64,000 bases of DNA, from positions 9,918 to 73,917 of the forward strand of contig SVUK01000014.1 in the NCBI GenBank assembly GCA_015063325.1. The letters run 5' to 3'. The first letter of the stretch is position 1. Each line of letters starts with the position of its first letter. Source of the DNA: Oscillospiraceae bacterium (GTDB lineage: Bacteria > Bacillota > Clostridia > Oscillospirales > CAG-272). The notes beneath the pieces are model-generated. The model ran no database searches. It was not told the DNA's origin and worked only from the letters and a program-made list of their open reading frames with translations. Position numbers and translations under genes: made by a program. This document shows positions 62,396 to 64,000 of the stretch, in pieces.

Positions 62396-62420
62396 TGTTA
62401 AGTCCTCCTTCGGTACAATA

Positions 62421-62471
62421 GTCGTATATATACGACACCTGTATTTTACCATGATCAAGGCGATTTGTCAA
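62421..62471 (-). promoter_or_regulatory. Promoter with an overlapping 16-bp palindrome inside the element
   Basis: On the minus strand: TTGACA (62471-62466), a 17-nt spacer, and TAAAAT. The perfect palindrome GTCGTATATATACGAC (62421-62436) lies at the predicted transcript start. Confidence 0.55.
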
Positions 62472-62602
62472 GCTTGATTTGAAAAAAGTTAAGATATGCG
62501 ACTAAAATTCATAAATGATATAGCGACTTGGCTCGCTGGGCCTTTTGCTTCTGTTCTGTTTCGGGCGTGAACAGATTGCAACTGCAGAAAGACGCCTTGG
62601 TG

Positions 62603-64000
62603 TTATTTGCTCCAACTATATTTGGCGCGTCGGATTGCCTCTTGACGGATCCGTTCTTCTTCCGCTTGCTTTTCCTTTGCCTCTTCCTGCTTCCTTTCAT
62701 ATTCAATCTCTTTCTCAATTTCTTGTAAGCGGTTGTGGCAGGTGGAAATGTGCGGCGTGAAGAGTTCTCCGAGAGATGCAAAGAATCCTTCATTCAAACG
62801 TTGGATCTTCCGCGCGGAGATCGTCAGATTCCGTTTTAAGGCTTTGTCGTTGACCTTGTAGGGACGATATTTCGGCTTGTATTGCTCGTCTTGAATCTTC
62901 CGAACCTGCCGGAGGACGATGTTTCCAAGTCTCCGTTTGTAATCCCATTCGATGGCTTCGATGGTGTAAAGACGTTTCATCCCATCACCAAGCTCGGTGT
63001 ATCCTTCCATGTTCTCAACGATATGTAATTCTTTGTTTACTCGCTCCCGATACCATGCTCCCATTTTGTCTTGCAGACGAATCTTCTTTTGCCGAAGTTC
63101 TTTCTGGAAGGCTTGATCTGCATCCAAGGCTTCGGGATTGGAAGAGAGTAACCATCGAGCGGCGTAATCAATATCGCTCCTGTATGGCGCCATCTCTTTG
63201 CTTGCATACCAAAGCGGCTTGTCCCGTGGCAGTTTGTCGGCAAGGTCTTTGAGCATACGGCGAGCGATGTCATTCATCACGGCTGTCGAATAGGCAGAGC
63301 TCTTCCTTAATAGAGCGTCATGTACCGCCAATCTCTTCTCCTCAAGATCGTCATTCAGAGTAAAAGCGTTTAATCGCTCGGTCATCTTTTCGATTGCCTC
63401 GAAGGAGATCTTGCCCTTCTTCCGATAGAGAAATCCTTTCGCGCGTTTGTTCTTGATTTTGGGTTCCTTCTCGAAGAACAGGTAGTGAATGTGCAGGTGC
63501 TCGGGTCGATCGAGATGGAGCGCGCAGAGAAGATCCATATTGTCCGGATTAAAACCGGCATCTCGGAAGAATTGATTAAAAGTTTTCTTGACGAGATCAA
63601 TGCACTTTTCAGGTGTGTCAATGAGTTTGGAGTCCTCCTCGTTGAAAGAGATAAACCCGTGCCAAAGATTCTTTTCTCCTGTCCGTGCGCGCTTCTTGAT
63701 TTCCTTGACCTGTTCCTTTGAGAGTAGCCCTTCTTGATTGAAAACGCCGGTGCTCTTTTGCAGGTATTGGAGCATGGTAAACCTTTCGGCTTCCTTGCCG
63801 TAGACCTTGCCTTCGGTTGTCATATACTTATAGAGATTGTTCTCGCCTGAGAGATCGAAGAAGGCGCGGTTCTTTCTGTGGGTTTCAATTTCTTTTTGCG
63901 TCGCGTTCTTCGGCAGTTTGTAGGGCGTGTAGGCAATATCAAAGATGACGGGTGTGCTTTGTTTTTCGATCTGTTTTCTCCTTTCTTTTGTGGACGAAAA
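62603..64000 (-). CDS. MOBV/MobL-like relaxase, 5' end not resolved (frame open to the window edge)
   Basis: ALHLDRPEHLHIHYLF matches the H-x-D-x(3,4)-H-x-H relaxase histidine motif. The frame upstream of the track's first Met (63823) stays open to 64000 (FSSTKERRKQIEKQSTPVIFDIAYTPYKLPKNATQKEIETHRKNRAFFDLSGENNLYKY). No ATG/GTG/TTG follows the AAAGGAGAAAA at 63979-63989. Confidence 0.75.
   Translation of the reverse strand, partial: FSSTKERRKQIEKQSTPVIFDIAYTPYKLPKNATQKEIETHRKNRAFFDLSGENNLYKYMTTEGKVYGKEAERFTMLQYLQKSTGVFNQEGLLSKEQVKEIKKRARTGEKNLWHGFISFNEEDSKLIDTPEKCIDLVKKTFNQFFRDAGFNPDNMDLLCALHLDRPEHLHIHYLFFEKEPKIKNKRAKGFLYRKKGKISFEAIEKMTERLNAFTLNDDLEEKRLAVHDALLRKSSAYSTAVMNDIARRMLKDLADKLPRDKPLWYASKEMAPYRSDIDYAARWLLSSNPEALDADQAFQKELRQKKIRLQDKMGAWYRERVNKELHIVENMEGYTELGDGMKRLYTIEAIEWDYKRRLGNIVLRQVRKIQDEQYKPKYRPYKVNDKALKRNLTISARKIQRLNEGFFASLGELFTPHISTCHNRLQEIEKEIEYERKQEEAKEKQAEEERIRQEAIRRAKYSWSK

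Larger units (their letters stand above)
60194..64000. mobile_element. Integrative mobilizable element (left end at or near tRNA-Lys; right end beyond the window)
   Basis: A large serine recombinase abuts the tRNA. Small accessory ORFs and a relaxase lie on the same strand. GC looks lower by eye than in the core genes. None of the window's palindromic repeat families occur here. Confidence 0.6.

Overview
This is a 64 kb chromosomal segment from a moderately GC-rich, endospore-forming Firmicute. It looks like Clostridia (Oscillospiraceae/Ruminococcaceae-like), but that is inferred from gene content only. I support about 60 protein genes, most of them housekeeping. Left to right: spoIIGA-sigE (sigE truncated at the left edge), an M24 aminopeptidase, plsY, a SAM methyltransferase, fhs, a split transketolase, maf, fmt-rsmB-rlmN-(PASTA protein)-rsgA, a MATE exporter, an ECF S-component and an M23 peptidase. 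Then a 7.4 kb ABC / ABC-2 / GldG / GldG / DUF4340 operon, rimO, pgsA, efp, feoA-feoA-feoB plus a small Cys-rich ORF missing from the ORF track, and two HMA proteins. Then a glpA-like three-gene FAD oxidoreductase cluster, arsR-HMA-P1B ATPase, a nucleotidyltransferase-galE-galM cluster, lepA, rsmI and nagA. The right end is accessory: a partly AT-rich VWA/thrombospondin-repeat lipoprotein with an XRE regulator, a TetR-flavodoxin pair, and tRNA-Lys(UUU). Abutting the tRNA is an integrative mobilizable element. Its large serine recombinase ORF only terminates inside the tRNA gene, and its MOBV/MobL-like relaxase runs off the window. The most unusual signal is non-coding. At least 11 intergenic regions in the first 46 kb (roughly 3.3 kb by my coordinates) are filled with a mosaic of a few near-perfect palindromic modules, concatenated in varying order and orientation. 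One composite module has interchangeable apical hairpins and an optional 82-bp multi-stem insert. A second, unrelated repeat family forms a MITE-like unit between pgsA and efp and splits a metal-resistance operon. I see no CRISPR array, rRNA, transposase or recognisable defence system. All family assignments come from reading motifs by eye; no searches were run.
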